From contig MGQF01000050.1 in the NCBI GenBank assembly GCA_001797745.1, positions 77,226 to 113,210 on the forward strand: a stretch of DNA of 35,985 nucleotides, read 5' to 3'. The translations under genes were made by a program, and so were the position numbers. This document shows, piece after piece, positions 7,636 through 16,818 of the stretch (within the stretch, counting starts at the first letter, position 1; every line of letters begins with the position of its first letter). The notes below the pieces were generated by a model that saw only the letters and a program-made list of their open reading frames with translations, did not search any database and was not told the DNA's origin. This DNA is from Deltaproteobacteria bacterium RBG_13_52_11 (GTDB lineage: Bacteria; Desulfobacterota; B13-G15; RBG-16-54-18).

Positions 7636-9591
7636 TCAGCTTTTTAGCTCAGGTATATCCTCATAGTAATCCAGGGACTCCGGATTCTTCAATGCATCTC
7701 TATTGAGGACCGCCCTCCCGTGTATGATGTTCGTGACAGCGCTCTCGACCTTCTTCATATTCAGGGTATAGGGGATATCGGGAACTGCAATGATCTTAGC
7801 GGGAACATGTCTGGGAGAGGCCTTTTCCCGTAAGGTCTTGGTAATCTTTTTCTTCAGTTCGTCGGTAAGCTGAGACCCCTCAGCAAGCTTGACGAAAAGG
7901 ATGACACGCTGATCTCCCTGCCAGTTCTGCCCGATAGCCAGACTGTCTGCGATTTCTTCCAACTGCTCCACCTGGTTATAGATCTCGGCGGTGCCGATGC
8001 GAACCCCAGAAGGCTTTAAAACGGCATCAGAACGGCCAAAGAAGGTAAACCCACCACTATCGCTATGGTGCACGACATAATCCCCATGCCGCCACACATT
8101 GGGATAAACATTAAAGTAGGCATCCTTATATCTCTTATTGTCCGGATCATCCCAAAAATACAGGGGCATGGAAGGAGCCGGTGCCTCACAGACGAATTCA
8201 CCTTCTTGGTCAACGACGGGCTTGCCATTTTCGTCGTATACATCGACCTTCATAGCCAAAGCCGCAGCCTGCAGTTCTCCGGCAAAAACCGGAAGCGTAG
8301 GACTTCCCGTGCAGAAGCACCCATTGATGTCGGTGCCCCCGGCACTGGAATTAAACCAGACATCCTTTTTTATTTCCTGGTACACATACTCAAATCCCTC
8401 CGGAGAAAGGGGTGACCCTGTCTGCCAGATCTCCCGGAGTGATGACAGATCGTAATCCTTCCCGGGTTTCATTCCTTCGCTCTTCATAACATTGATATAG
8501 GTCGCACTGGTGCCGAACATGGTCACTTTCTCTTCCTCAATCAATTTCCACATGGCACCGGAATCAGGATAATTGGGGTTGCCGTCGTATAATACGAGCG
8601 TGTTGCCCACTGCCAGAGAGCTCATAATCCAATTCCACATCATCCAGCTACAGGTGGTGATAAAAAAGTGGACATCTTCTCTTCCGAGGTCGCTTTGAAG
8701 CATCAGCTCTTTAAGATGATTAATCAAGATACCACCTGCACCCTGTACCAAACACTTGGGTTTTCCCGTGGTCCCGGAAGAAAACATGATATACAGCGGA
8801 TGATCAAAGGGCACTTGTTCGAACTGGATCTCAAGTCCGCTCTCCTTCGCGAGAAAATCCTCATACAGAACAGCCTTCGGTATAGTACTAATGTCAGGCC
8901 TCTCTTCAGGATACGTCGTGACGATGACCTTCTCAAGAGAGGGCATGCCCTTTACGATCTCTGCCACATTGGGAAGCGTATTAAAAGGTTTTGCCTTATA
9001 AAAATAGCCATTAACCGTAAACAATACCTTCGGCTCAATTTGGCCAAAACGATCTAACACTGCCCCTGGACCGATGTCCGTAGCACAGGAAGCCCACGTG
9101 GCGCCGATACTGGTAGCGGCAAGCATGGCAATGGCCGTCTCCATCATGTTAGGCATGTAGGCAGCGACCCGATCCCCCGGGGTAACCCCTATCTCGCGAA
9201 GTGACTTCGCCAGACGCGCTACCGTGTCATAGAGCTCCGCATAGCTCATCTTCGCCTTCTTTTGTGTCTCCCCCCTGAATACCAAGGCCGTATGATTATC
9301 CCGGTGTCTCAGAAGATTCTGGGCAAAATTCAACCGCGCCCCAATAAACCACCGCGCTCCCGGAAACTTACTGAGATCGTCAACAACCGTCTCATAGTTT
9401 TTAGAAGCCTTGATCTCGCCAAACTCCCACATAGTGGCCCAAAACTCAGGGATGTTATCGATGGACCATTGGTACAGATCTTTGTAAGACGCAATTTTTT
9501 TACCGTACTTCTTGTTGACATGCGCCATGAAGCGGGTCATGTTGGCATTCTTGATATGTTTCTCCGATGGTTCCCATAAAGGTTTTTTCAT
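7636..9591 (-). CDS. Acetoacetyl-CoA synthetase (acetoacetate--CoA ligase), AMP-forming
   Basis: 651 aa. The N-terminus (LWEPSEKHIKNANMTRFM...YKDLYQWSIDNIPEFWATMWEF) is characteristic of the acetoacetyl-CoA synthetase subfamily of acyl-CoA synthetases. An AMP-binding motif, MFSSGTTGKPK, is present. Confidence 0.88.
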   Translation of the reverse strand: MKKPLWEPSEKHIKNANMTRFMAHVNKKYGKKIASYKDLYQWSIDNIPEFWATMWEFGEIKASKNYETVVDDLSKFPGARWFIGARLNFAQNLLRHRDNHTALVFRGETQKKAKMSYAELYDTVARLAKSLREIGVTPGDRVAAYMPNMMETAIAMLAATSIGATWASCATDIGPGAVLDRFGQIEPKVLFTVNGYFYKAKPFNTLPNVAEIVKGMPSLEKVIVTTYPEERPDISTIPKAVLYEDFLAKESGLEIQFEQVPFDHPLYIMFSSGTTGKPKCLVQGAGGILINHLKELMLQSDLGREDVHFFITTCSWMMWNWIMSSLAVGNTLVLYDGNPNYPDSGAMWKLIEEEKVTMFGTSATYINVMKSEGMKPGKDYDLSSLREIWQTGSPLSPEGFEYVYQEIKKDVWFNSSAGGTDINGCFCTGSPTLPVFAGELQAAALAMKVDVYDENGKPVVDQEGEFVCEAPAPSMPLYFWDDPDNKRYKDAYFNVYPNVWRHGDYVVHHSDSGGFTFFGRSDAVLKPSGVRIGTAEIYNQVEQLEEIADSLAIGQNWQGDQRVILFVKLAEGSQLTDELKKKITKTLREKASPRHVPAKIIAVPDIPYTLNMKKVESAVTNIIHGRAVLNRDALKNPESLDYYEDIPELKS

Positions 9592-9633
9592 AGCTACTCT
9601 CCTCCACTATATCCTTAATTTAAAGGGTAAAGT

Positions 9634-9670
9634 CCGATTATCCGGACCTAATATTTTCACGGTAAAATAT
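9634..9670. repeat. Copy of the dispersed intergenic repeat (GGGTAAAGTCCGATTATCCGGACCTAATATTTT)
   Basis: Closely matches 19625-19657 (GGATGAAGTTCGGTTATCCGGACCTAATATTTT) and the left end of the 7339 element. It contains GTCCG-N6-CGGAC. It lies 45-80 bp upstream of the acetoacetyl-CoA synthetase start. Confidence 0.5.
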
Positions 9671-9792
9671 ACATAATATTTTCGGAAAACCCCTTACAAA
9701 ATCTCAAGATAAAAGATTTGGCCGCTTTTCATTTCTTCCTTGTTGGGACGATGATCGTGGTCTTCTTAAATCTTGTAGCTTTTGCTATTAGC

Positions 9793-10764
9793 TCATCGCT
9801 TCGTAGCTAATTGTAAGATGGAGCGGTACGTTCGGTTATCCCGAAGGAAGCCCATAATACCTTGCGGTGCGAGTAACATTATGCCGACCAGTATTATGCC
9901 CTGTATGAGCAGACTGATTCCAGCATATCGAGCTAGCAGGAAGTGCAAAAATACAACGACAGCCGTTCCAACAATCGGGCCCTCTTCAATACTCATGCCC
10001 CCTATGACTGTAGCGAGCATTAAAATCATTGTCCACCGTATATTGAAGGCGCTTGTCGGCTCTATATAGCCTTGATAAATGTAAAAGATGGCCCCAGCTA
10101 TTCCCGTTACGAAGGCGCCAATGACGAAAGAATACAGCTTTAATTTGAAAACATCTATCCCGCAACTGGCGGCAGTTCTATCATTATCGCGAATCGATGC
10201 AAGCCCCAATCCTAGCTTTGAACGCAAAATTAATCGCATAAGAAAAACCGATGCAATCCCGATAACGAGAGCAAGCCAGTAAAACTCCGTCATGGAAACC
10301 CCAGTCACCCCTTTTACCATATAGCCCGCACCCCCACCGTGCATCTCACCTCCGACAGGTCTCCAGAGAAAAAATACAATCCTCAGCGCTTCAGGTATAA
10401 CGAGTGTCCCGATAGCGAAATAGATGCCGCTCAGTCTGAAAACAGGAATAGATATGAGTATAGCAAACGCTGCAGCTACTATAGCTCCAGCTATTATTCC
10501 TAGATAAAAAGGTAACCCCATCCACGTGCATATTACCAGCGTGTATCCTGCCAGCCCAATGAACGCAGGCTGGCACAAGGATATCAGACCGGAGTAGCCA
10601 GCAAGCAAATTCCACATATTCGCCATGGTCAGATATACAAAATAGAGAAAAAGGTACAGGACCCAACTACGGGGCGCTCCTACTATCGGAAGCACCATGA
10701 GCAAGACTATGAGCACTGCAGACGGTAACAACCCTCCACTCAATCGATGAATGATATCCCTCAT
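9793..10764 (-). CDS. Branched-chain-amino-acid-type (LivM-like) ABC transporter permease
   Basis: 323-aa polytopic membrane protein of the LivM/BPD_transp_2 type, last gene of the five-gene ABC array. Confidence 0.85.
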   Translation of the reverse strand: MRDIIHRLSGGLLPSAVLIVLLMVLPIVGAPRSWVLYLFLYFVYLTMANMWNLLAGYSGLISLCQPAFIGLAGYTLVICTWMGLPFYLGIIAGAIVAAAFAILISIPVFRLSGIYFAIGTLVIPEALRIVFFLWRPVGGEMHGGGAGYMVKGVTGVSMTEFYWLALVIGIASVFLMRLILRSKLGLGLASIRDNDRTAASCGIDVFKLKLYSFVIGAFVTGIAGAIFYIYQGYIEPTSAFNIRWTMILMLATVIGGMSIEEGPIVGTAVVVFLHFLLARYAGISLLIQGIILVGIMLLAPQGIMGFLRDNRTYRSILQLATKR

Positions 10765-10771
10765 ATTTCTC

Positions 10772-11644
10772 CTAACGGCCGAATATGCCTTGGGGCCTTA
10801 CGGCTAAGACTATAAGCACCATGCCATAAGCAATCAGCATTTGAGCCGCACAACCCAAGAAATAACCACCAAGCGTTTGAGCCAACCCCAGGACCATGCC
10901 CCCTATAAATGTCCCCACCATGCTGCCTAAACCTCCTATTATAACCACGCCAAAAGCAATGATGAGAAAGGAGACTCCTGATTGCGGGGTAAATGGAAAA
11001 GTCAATCCAAGGAACACACCGGCTAAAGCGGCAGTTGCCATAGAGATAGCGAAGGCGAGGGCATACATGCGGCCAGTATTAATTCCCATCAGCTGAGCTG
11101 CCCTCCTATCCTGAGAGGCAGCATTGATAGCCTTGCCCAAATAAGTCCTGCTCAGGAATTCACGGAGGGAAAACATCACTATTAAAGCGGCAATAAAATC
11201 GAGTAGATATGCGAGCGGGACACGAGTGCCGCCGACACCAAAACTTACAAGCGCGTAAGAAGTTGTCAAACCCCTTGACATCGGAGACCAAATGATCTGT
11301 TGAAAATTTTGAAGTGTAAGAGAAATCCCAAAGGCGATTATCAATGGAGCTTCCATTGATATTGCAAAAGCGCGGCTCAAGAGATATTTTTGAATAGCGA
11401 AACCCATTACAAATAAAAGGGGCATACCGATGACGAGGCTTAGAATAGGGTCAATCCCTAACATAGTCATTGCTGCATAAGCGAAGTAGCTGCTGAATAG
11501 GACGAGATCTCCGTGAGCTACGTTAATCAATTTCATGACCCCGAAAACGAGAGAAAGACCTAAGGCAATTAACGCGTATAATCCGCCTAATAGAATACCC
11601 ATCATGATCGGAGTAGATAAGTCCCCTAAAAATTCTAAAGTCAT
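10772..11644 (-). CDS. LivH-like ABC transporter permease
   Basis: 290-aa polytopic membrane protein. The INVAHGD motif near the N-terminus is typical of LivH-type permeases. Confidence 0.85.
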   Translation of the reverse strand: MTLEFLGDLSTPIMMGILLGGLYALIALGLSLVFGVMKLINVAHGDLVLFSSYFAYAAMTMLGIDPILSLVIGMPLLFVMGFAIQKYLLSRAFAISMEAPLIIAFGISLTLQNFQQIIWSPMSRGLTTSYALVSFGVGGTRVPLAYLLDFIAALIVMFSLREFLSRTYLGKAINAASQDRRAAQLMGINTGRMYALAFAISMATAALAGVFLGLTFPFTPQSGVSFLIIAFGVVIIGGLGSMVGTFIGGMVLGLAQTLGGYFLGCAAQMLIAYGMVLIVLAVRPQGIFGR

Positions 11645-11666
11645 CTCTACAATCTCCTAATAAATT

Positions 11667-12386
11667 TCATATACCAAAGTATGCTTTTTTAACCTCCTCT
11701 TCTTCCCGAAGATCCGCTACATTCCCGTTCAAGACAACACGCCCCGCCTCCATAATATATGCCCTGTCGGCCTCGTCGAGGCTTCGCCTTACATTCTGCT
11801 CAACAAGGAGGATAGTAATGCCTCTTTCTCTAATTTTTCTCAAAGCCTTATACACGTTATTAATAACTATAGGGGCCAGCCCAAGGGACATTTCATCAAG
11901 AAGCATAAGCTTTGGGTTTGACATGAGACCCCGCCCTAAGGCGAGCATCTGCTGTTCGCCCCCGCTTAGTGTTTTAGCCAGTTGATTCTTCCTCTCTTCC
12001 AGTATAGGAAAGAGTTCATACACTATTTTAAAGTTTTGTTCTTTCTTGGGCCTCGCCTTAGGATTGTATGAACCTAGTATGAGATTGTCGAGCACGCTCA
12101 GGTCGGGGAAAACCCTTCTTCCTTCTGGAACTTGGGAAATACCGAGAGCAACTATTTGAAAGGGATCCAGAGTGGTGATGCTCTTCCCCTCAAACTCAAT
12201 GCCGCCCTTAGCAGAACGAATTAAACCCGATATTGTATCCAGCAGGGTGGACTTGCCCGAACCATTGGCGCCAATAAGAGCTACAATTTCTTGGGGTTTA
12301 ACTTCTAAGGATACATTCCACAGGGCTTGAAAACCGCCGTAAAATGTATCTATATTGCTAACTCTCAGCAAAGTTTTTTTAGGCAT
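11667..12386 (-). CDS. LivF-like ABC transporter ATP-binding protein
   Basis: Walker A GANGSGKST, signature LSGGEQQ, Walker B LLDE, and a C-terminal KKAYFGI typical of LivF. Confidence 0.88.
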   Translation of the reverse strand: MPKKTLLRVSNIDTFYGGFQALWNVSLEVKPQEIVALIGANGSGKSTLLDTISGLIRSAKGGIEFEGKSITTLDPFQIVALGISQVPEGRRVFPDLSVLDNLILGSYNPKARPKKEQNFKIVYELFPILEERKNQLAKTLSGGEQQMLALGRGLMSNPKLMLLDEMSLGLAPIVINNVYKALRKIRERGITILLVEQNVRRSLDEADRAYIMEAGRVVLNGNVADLREEEEVKKAYFGI

Positions 12387-12431
12387 TCCCTCGCCTCTCC
12401 ACCTTACGTTAAATCAGACCTATGTATATCA

Positions 12432-13148
12432 TTAACCGAAGTAGGCTCCAATTACTTTTTTATTTTTCATTACCTCGGTCGGCTTGCCTTCAGCGATTTT
12501 CATGCCTTCATCCATCACTATAATCCTGTCAACCGCCTTCGTCATTACTTTCATAACATGTTCGATTAATATAATTGTTATCCTCATTTCGTTTATTTCT
12601 TTTAAGAGGTCTAATACCTGTGGAATTTCCGTTTCATTTAAACCCGCAGCAAGTTCGTCAATCATCAGTAGTGTCGGTTTGGTGGCTAAGACCCTCGCTA
12701 GTTCGAGTCTTTTGAGCGATATCTCTTCTAAATCATCAGCGTGCATATCTTTCTTTTCTGAAAGCCCTACAATAGTAAGTACTTTAGCAGCTTCATGCTC
12801 AGCTGTAGATTTACTAAGGCCTCTTCCAAATATTGCTGCTACCACTATGTTTTGTAGAACTGTTAATTTAACAAAGGGCTGTGGAATCTGATAGGTCCTG
12901 GCAATACCAAGGTGGCACATTTTATGTGGGGGAAGACCTGTGATGTCATGTCCTTTAAATTTTATTGTTCCGGAGTCAGGCTTATACTCACCAGCTATGA
13001 CATTTAGTAATGTTGTCTTGCCGGCACCGTTTGGGCCCATCAACCCTATCACTTCACCAGCCTGCACATCAAAACTCAGGTCTACAACAGCAGCTAAGCC
13101 TCCGAAATATTTATGTACTCCATCCACTGAAAGAACCGGTGTTTTCAA
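12432..13148 (-). CDS. LivG-like ABC transporter ATP-binding protein
   Basis: Walker A GPNGAGKTT, Walker B MIDE, and a C-terminal VIGAYFG typical of LivG. Confidence 0.88.
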   Translation of the reverse strand: MKTPVLSVDGVHKYFGGLAAVVDLSFDVQAGEVIGLMGPNGAGKTTLLNVIAGEYKPDSGTIKFKGHDITGLPPHKMCHLGIARTYQIPQPFVKLTVLQNIVVAAIFGRGLSKSTAEHEAAKVLTIVGLSEKKDMHADDLEEISLKRLELARVLATKPTLLMIDELAAGLNETEIPQVLDLLKEINEMRITIILIEHVMKVMTKAVDRIIVMDEGMKIAEGKPTEVMKNKKVIGAYFG

Positions 13149-13204
13149 GCCTGCGCACCTCCCTTAGATAAAAAAATAGGGTGACAAATGTTCAAGGTTC
13201 ATTC

Positions 13205-13406
13205 CTTAAAAGATATAGGGTGGGAAGACTGCTTCAGCCGTTGCCTTAATGAAATCGTACTCGGCAAAGACCGTGGGCATTACTTTGTTTGTCTTCCCAC
13301 CCTATATCATACCTCCCTCATATTAAGCTCGGCTCCGTAACGTGGGCCGGCTCTTTCGATTGCACCAACTAGGTCGCGTACATAACACGCTCATCGATAT
13401 CCCCCG
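13205..13406 (-). pseudogene. Relic of the C-terminal ~65 codons of a second, paralogous ABC substrate-binding protein
   Basis: The minus-strand translation directly after the intact SBP stop reads GGYR*ACYVRDLVGAIERAG ... GGKTNKVMPTVFAEYDFIKATAEAVFPPYIF*. The intact SBP upstream ends with GPGYRSVQVLIDAIKRAG ... QKTDKPWVWECPVVFSKHDFIKESAKPLFPIPYNK*. The relic carries stops, a frame break and an internal deletion. Confidence 0.6.
13212..13308 (-). other. Perfect 18-bp inverted repeat (GATATAGGGTGGGAAGAC ... GTCTTCCCACCCTATATC) with a 61-nt loop
   Basis: Read directly. It lies inside the SBP relic, between the SBP gene and the first ATPase gene. On the mRNA strand it is followed by UUUUAA. Confidence 0.6.
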
Positions 13407-13407
13407 T

Positions 13408-14739
13408 TTATTTGTTGTACGGAATGGGGAATAGCGGCTTGGCCGACTCCTTTATGAAGTCGTGCTTGGAGAAGACTACCGGGCATTCCCATACCCACGG
13501 TTTGTCAGTCTTCTGCCACTGGCCAAACACGAGCGGCCCCCGGCTAAAGTGGTTCTCATCAAACTTGACACGATGACCAATTGTCATCAAATCGGTTTCC
13601 GCCAGGGCGGCATTAACCTTCTCTCCGTTAAGTGTGCCAGCCCTTTTAATAGCGTCAATGAGAACCTGGACTGAGCGATAGCCTGGTCCAACACCTCTGT
13701 TTAATTGTTTCTTTGTCTCTTTAGACCATTTTTCAGCGAGCGACTGTGGGGTTGTGCCTCCAATACCTGGTGAATTGGCGAATGACGGATCCCACCATAT
13801 CTCACAACCGATGCCGAGTGGTATGTCACCACCCCAAGCTTTTATGTCTTCATAGAAAAGTGGCGCTCTGCCAATGGAGACCATCTTGGGCTTAAAGCCC
13901 TGCGTGGCACATTGTCTCAGCAGCGTCCCAACGAAGGGAGCGGGAGCATTACCCCAGAGTATTTCACACTTATAATCTTTCCACGCTTTTATGACAGACG
14001 TAAAGTCCGTCGTGTCCATAGGCGCTAGGCCGACCTTTTTTGCTACACCGCAGACATCATAGCCCATTTTCTTTAGGAAGCCGGGGAATAGCCCATACCA
14101 GCCAACCCCGTCGGGGTCATCGGACGCGAAGACAGCCACCTTCTTATTGGTCTTGTTGCCGTACAAGTCCAGCATGGCCTGCCAAGTATCCGTTATTGTG
14201 TATCCAGGTTTAGCTCGGAAATCTCCCGGTGGAGCCGGTATGACGATGGCAAACAGACCAGTGGCCCAGGTGTATTGCCAATGTCCTTCAACTGCCTGCC
14301 GCATACCCAACCACGGTTCCACAGGACCGGTTGAAGTAACGTATGGGATCTTAAACCTGTCGGCTACAGTAGATACGCCAGCGTGCATCGGCGGCGGTTC
14401 ATCACCTGATGCCAGGAAGTGTACCTTATCGTTAACAATCAAGGATTCGGCAAGAGTCCCTCCCTTTTGTGGGTCGCTCTCGGTATTAACGACCACAAGT
14501 TTGATGGGCAATTTACCGTTATACTCTTTTACAGGCACTCCACCTTCTTTGTTGATATCCTCGACAGCCGCTTTCATCCCAAATACGTAGCCCTCGCCGA
14601 AACCGGCATACATGCCGGTTAACGGAGCCGGTACGCCGATACGAATTTCTTCTTTTGGTCCCTTCTTGCACCCGCTGAAAATCAGCGCGCTTGCCAAAAC
14701 GATCATGAACGAAACTACAATAAACTTTTTCATTGTCAC
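13408..14739 (-). CDS. Liv/Peripla_BP_6-type ABC transporter substrate-binding lipoprotein
   Basis: 443 aa with a signal peptide and lipobox (LIFSGC). It is the first gene of the ABC array. SBPs of this family are known to bind amino acids, urea/amides or aromatic acids. Confidence 0.85.
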   Translation of the reverse strand: MTMKKFIVVSFMIVLASALIFSGCKKGPKEEIRIGVPAPLTGMYAGFGEGYVFGMKAAVEDINKEGGVPVKEYNGKLPIKLVVVNTESDPQKGGTLAESLIVNDKVHFLASGDEPPPMHAGVSTVADRFKIPYVTSTGPVEPWLGMRQAVEGHWQYTWATGLFAIVIPAPPGDFRAKPGYTITDTWQAMLDLYGNKTNKKVAVFASDDPDGVGWYGLFPGFLKKMGYDVCGVAKKVGLAPMDTTDFTSVIKAWKDYKCEILWGNAPAPFVGTLLRQCATQGFKPKMVSIGRAPLFYEDIKAWGGDIPLGIGCEIWWDPSFANSPGIGGTTPQSLAEKWSKETKKQLNRGVGPGYRSVQVLIDAIKRAGTLNGEKVNAALAETDLMTIGHRVKFDENHFSRGPLVFGQWQKTDKPWVWECPVVFSKHDFIKESAKPLFPIPYNK

Positions 14740-14973
14740 TACCTCCCTTCTAAAATTAAGAAATCTTATCTGCCTACTTCCTCACATGAGCATGGGCATA
14801 GGCATCACCTCCTTCTTCCTCAACTAAATTCGCGTTCAAGATTTATTTACTTAAGAACTCAATAATAGATTTAGCACTCCTTTAAACCCAGGTCCGCGGA
14901 CAAGACAAAAAAGCTGATCAGGAGATTTACAACACCGGCAACTTCACGACCAAAATCTTTGTTTGTCTTGTTC

Positions 14974-15915
14974 CTACGAGCCTCCGTGCTCCTTGGTCCA
15001 TTTCAGCAGATAATTCACCAATCCCTGCCTTAGGCTCGTAGCCCTTTCAGGGGGCCATTCCTGAAACCCCCGGCCGGTCTTTAAACCGAGATCACCTTTC
15101 TCAACTTTTTCTTTCAGTATAGGTGAGGGACCATGAGAGTCTTCAATGTGTTTCAGAACATAGTTATGAATGGCCAGGGTCAGATCAAGACCGGCCAGAT
15201 CGGCGTTTTCCATCGGGCCTAAAACCGGCAGCCTCAAACCAAAGCTGTTTTTTACGGCCTCATCGACCTCAGCAGGATCAGCAATCCCATTCTGGACAAT
15301 GGAGATCGCCTCTCGCCAGAGGGCATGTTGAAGCCTGTTTGCCAAAAATCCGGGCACATCCTTTTTTACCCGTACGGGTTTTTTCCCCACAGCCTTCATG
15401 AGGGCCATGGTTTTTTCCATGGTCTCTTCAGAGGTTTCCTTTGCCTTGACAACTTCTACCAGCGGGATCAGGTGGGGAGGATTCCAGAAATGGGTCCCGA
15501 CGATCCTCTCCCGACCTTTCGCTTTTTCTGCTATTTCTGTGGGGCTGATGACAGACGTGTTAGTAGCCAGAATTGCTTTCTCATGACATAATCTATCCAA
15601 TCTCTGGAAGAAATCCTGCTTCAATGCCAGATCCTCTCCAATAGCTTCTTCGACGAAATCCGCGTTGGAGACAGCCTCTTCAAAGTCGTTTGTCGTTTTG
15701 ATCAGTTTAATGGCTGGTTCAATATCTTCCTGGCGACCAATACCATTTTTTGCCATGAGTTCCAGATTGGCTCGAACCGTCTTCACGACCTGGGGTAATA
15801 CTTCAGGTCTGCGTGCCCAGATCGTTGTGTTATAGCCCTTCACGGCAAAGATCTGAGCGAGCCCCGGGCCCATCATCCCGGCGCCGAGGACAGTGATGTT
15901 CTTTATTTCTGACAT
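14974..15915 (-). CDS. 3-hydroxyacyl-CoA dehydrogenase-family (3HCDH) NAD(P)-dependent dehydrogenase; candidate (S)-3-hydroxy-5-oxohexanoate dehydrogenase
   Basis: 313 aa with the Rossmann motif VLGAGMMGPG and 3HCDH_N/C architecture (NPPHLIPLVEV). It sits next to a BKACE gene, as the 3HCDH-family beta-hydroxy-acid dehydrogenase does in carnitine catabolism. Confidence 0.75.
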   Translation of the reverse strand: MSEIKNITVLGAGMMGPGLAQIFAVKGYNTTIWARRPEVLPQVVKTVRANLELMAKNGIGRQEDIEPAIKLIKTTNDFEEAVSNADFVEEAIGEDLALKQDFFQRLDRLCHEKAILATNTSVISPTEIAEKAKGRERIVGTHFWNPPHLIPLVEVVKAKETSEETMEKTMALMKAVGKKPVRVKKDVPGFLANRLQHALWREAISIVQNGIADPAEVDEAVKNSFGLRLPVLGPMENADLAGLDLTLAIHNYVLKHIEDSHGPSPILKEKVEKGDLGLKTGRGFQEWPPERATSLRQGLVNYLLKWTKEHGGS

Positions 15916-15927
15916 ATTAATATCCTC

Positions 15928-16719
15928 CTACCCTGCGGTATAACCGCCGTCTGTGCAAATAATGGCTCCGGTCAAAAAGTCGGAGGCCCTTGAAGACAGA
16001 AAGATAACCGTCCCAATAAAATCCTCCGGCTCTCCCAACCTCCCGAGGGGGATTCGTTTGAGGAAATTCTTGTAAAATGCCTGATCATCAAACATCCATT
16101 GTGTCAAAGCCGTCCGAAATACCGTGGGCGCGATAGCGTTAACATTAATACCGTACTGGCCCCATTCGCACCCCAGTGATTTCGCTAAAAGATGGACAGC
16201 ACCTTTGGACGGGCTGTATCCGGTATAGTTGGCCATGCCCAACTCACCGCGCGCCGATCCCAAAAGGATCACCTTGCCGCCCTTTCCCTGTTTGATCATG
16301 ACCTTTCCGACTTCTTTACAAAAGAGCCATGTCCCCTTGACATTGGCATCCATGATCATATCCCATTCTTCCAGGGGCTGGTCGACGATGGGACCCGGCT
16401 TATTCACGCCAGCCGCCGTAATCAGAATGTCTATCCTGCCGAATTTATTAACCGTATCTTTGACTACTCTCTTGACATCTTCATATTCAATGGGTGAGCC
16501 TGCGGAATAGGCCGCGACACCACCCTCCTTCTCTATTTCTTTTACGAGGGGTTTAAGCTTTCCCTCGTCTCGGCCGGTCGCCATGACCTTTACACCGGCC
16601 ATTGCCAATGCCATGGCAGCGGCATGACCAAAACCACCAGTGGCACCCGTGATGAGGGCTACTTTCCCTGAGACATCAAATAAATCTTTTAGCAGGTCCA
16701 TTCCTTTTTTCATCGCCAT
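15928..16719 (-). CDS. Short-chain dehydrogenase/reductase; candidate phloroglucinol reductase
   Basis: 263 aa with TGATGGFG, NAAG-like TAAG, a catalytic Ser and YSPSK. The family assignment is firm; the substrate is inferred from gene context only. Confidence 0.7.
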   Translation of the reverse strand: MAMKKGMDLLKDLFDVSGKVALITGATGGFGHAAAMALAMAGVKVMATGRDEGKLKPLVKEIEKEGGVAAYSAGSPIEYEDVKRVVKDTVNKFGRIDILITAAGVNKPGPIVDQPLEEWDMIMDANVKGTWLFCKEVGKVMIKQGKGGKVILLGSARGELGMANYTGYSPSKGAVHLLAKSLGCEWGQYGINVNAIAPTVFRTALTQWMFDDQAFYKNFLKRIPLGRLGEPEDFIGTVIFLSSRASDFLTGAIICTDGGYTAG

Positions 16720-16776
16720 TTTTTTACTCCCTCCTTAGGCATCAGGTTTTAGCCTGTTCTCCACCTTACCCCGATC

Positions 16777-16791
16777 TATCCGTAACGGATA
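16777..16791. promoter_or_regulatory. Perfect palindrome TATCCGT-A-ACGGATA in the BKACE-SDR spacer
   Basis: Read directly. It lies in the 99-bp gap between the BKACE stop (16819) and the SDR start (16719). Confidence 0.3.
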
Positions 16792-16818
16792 CCGGCCATA
16801 ATCTATAGAATGGATGTC

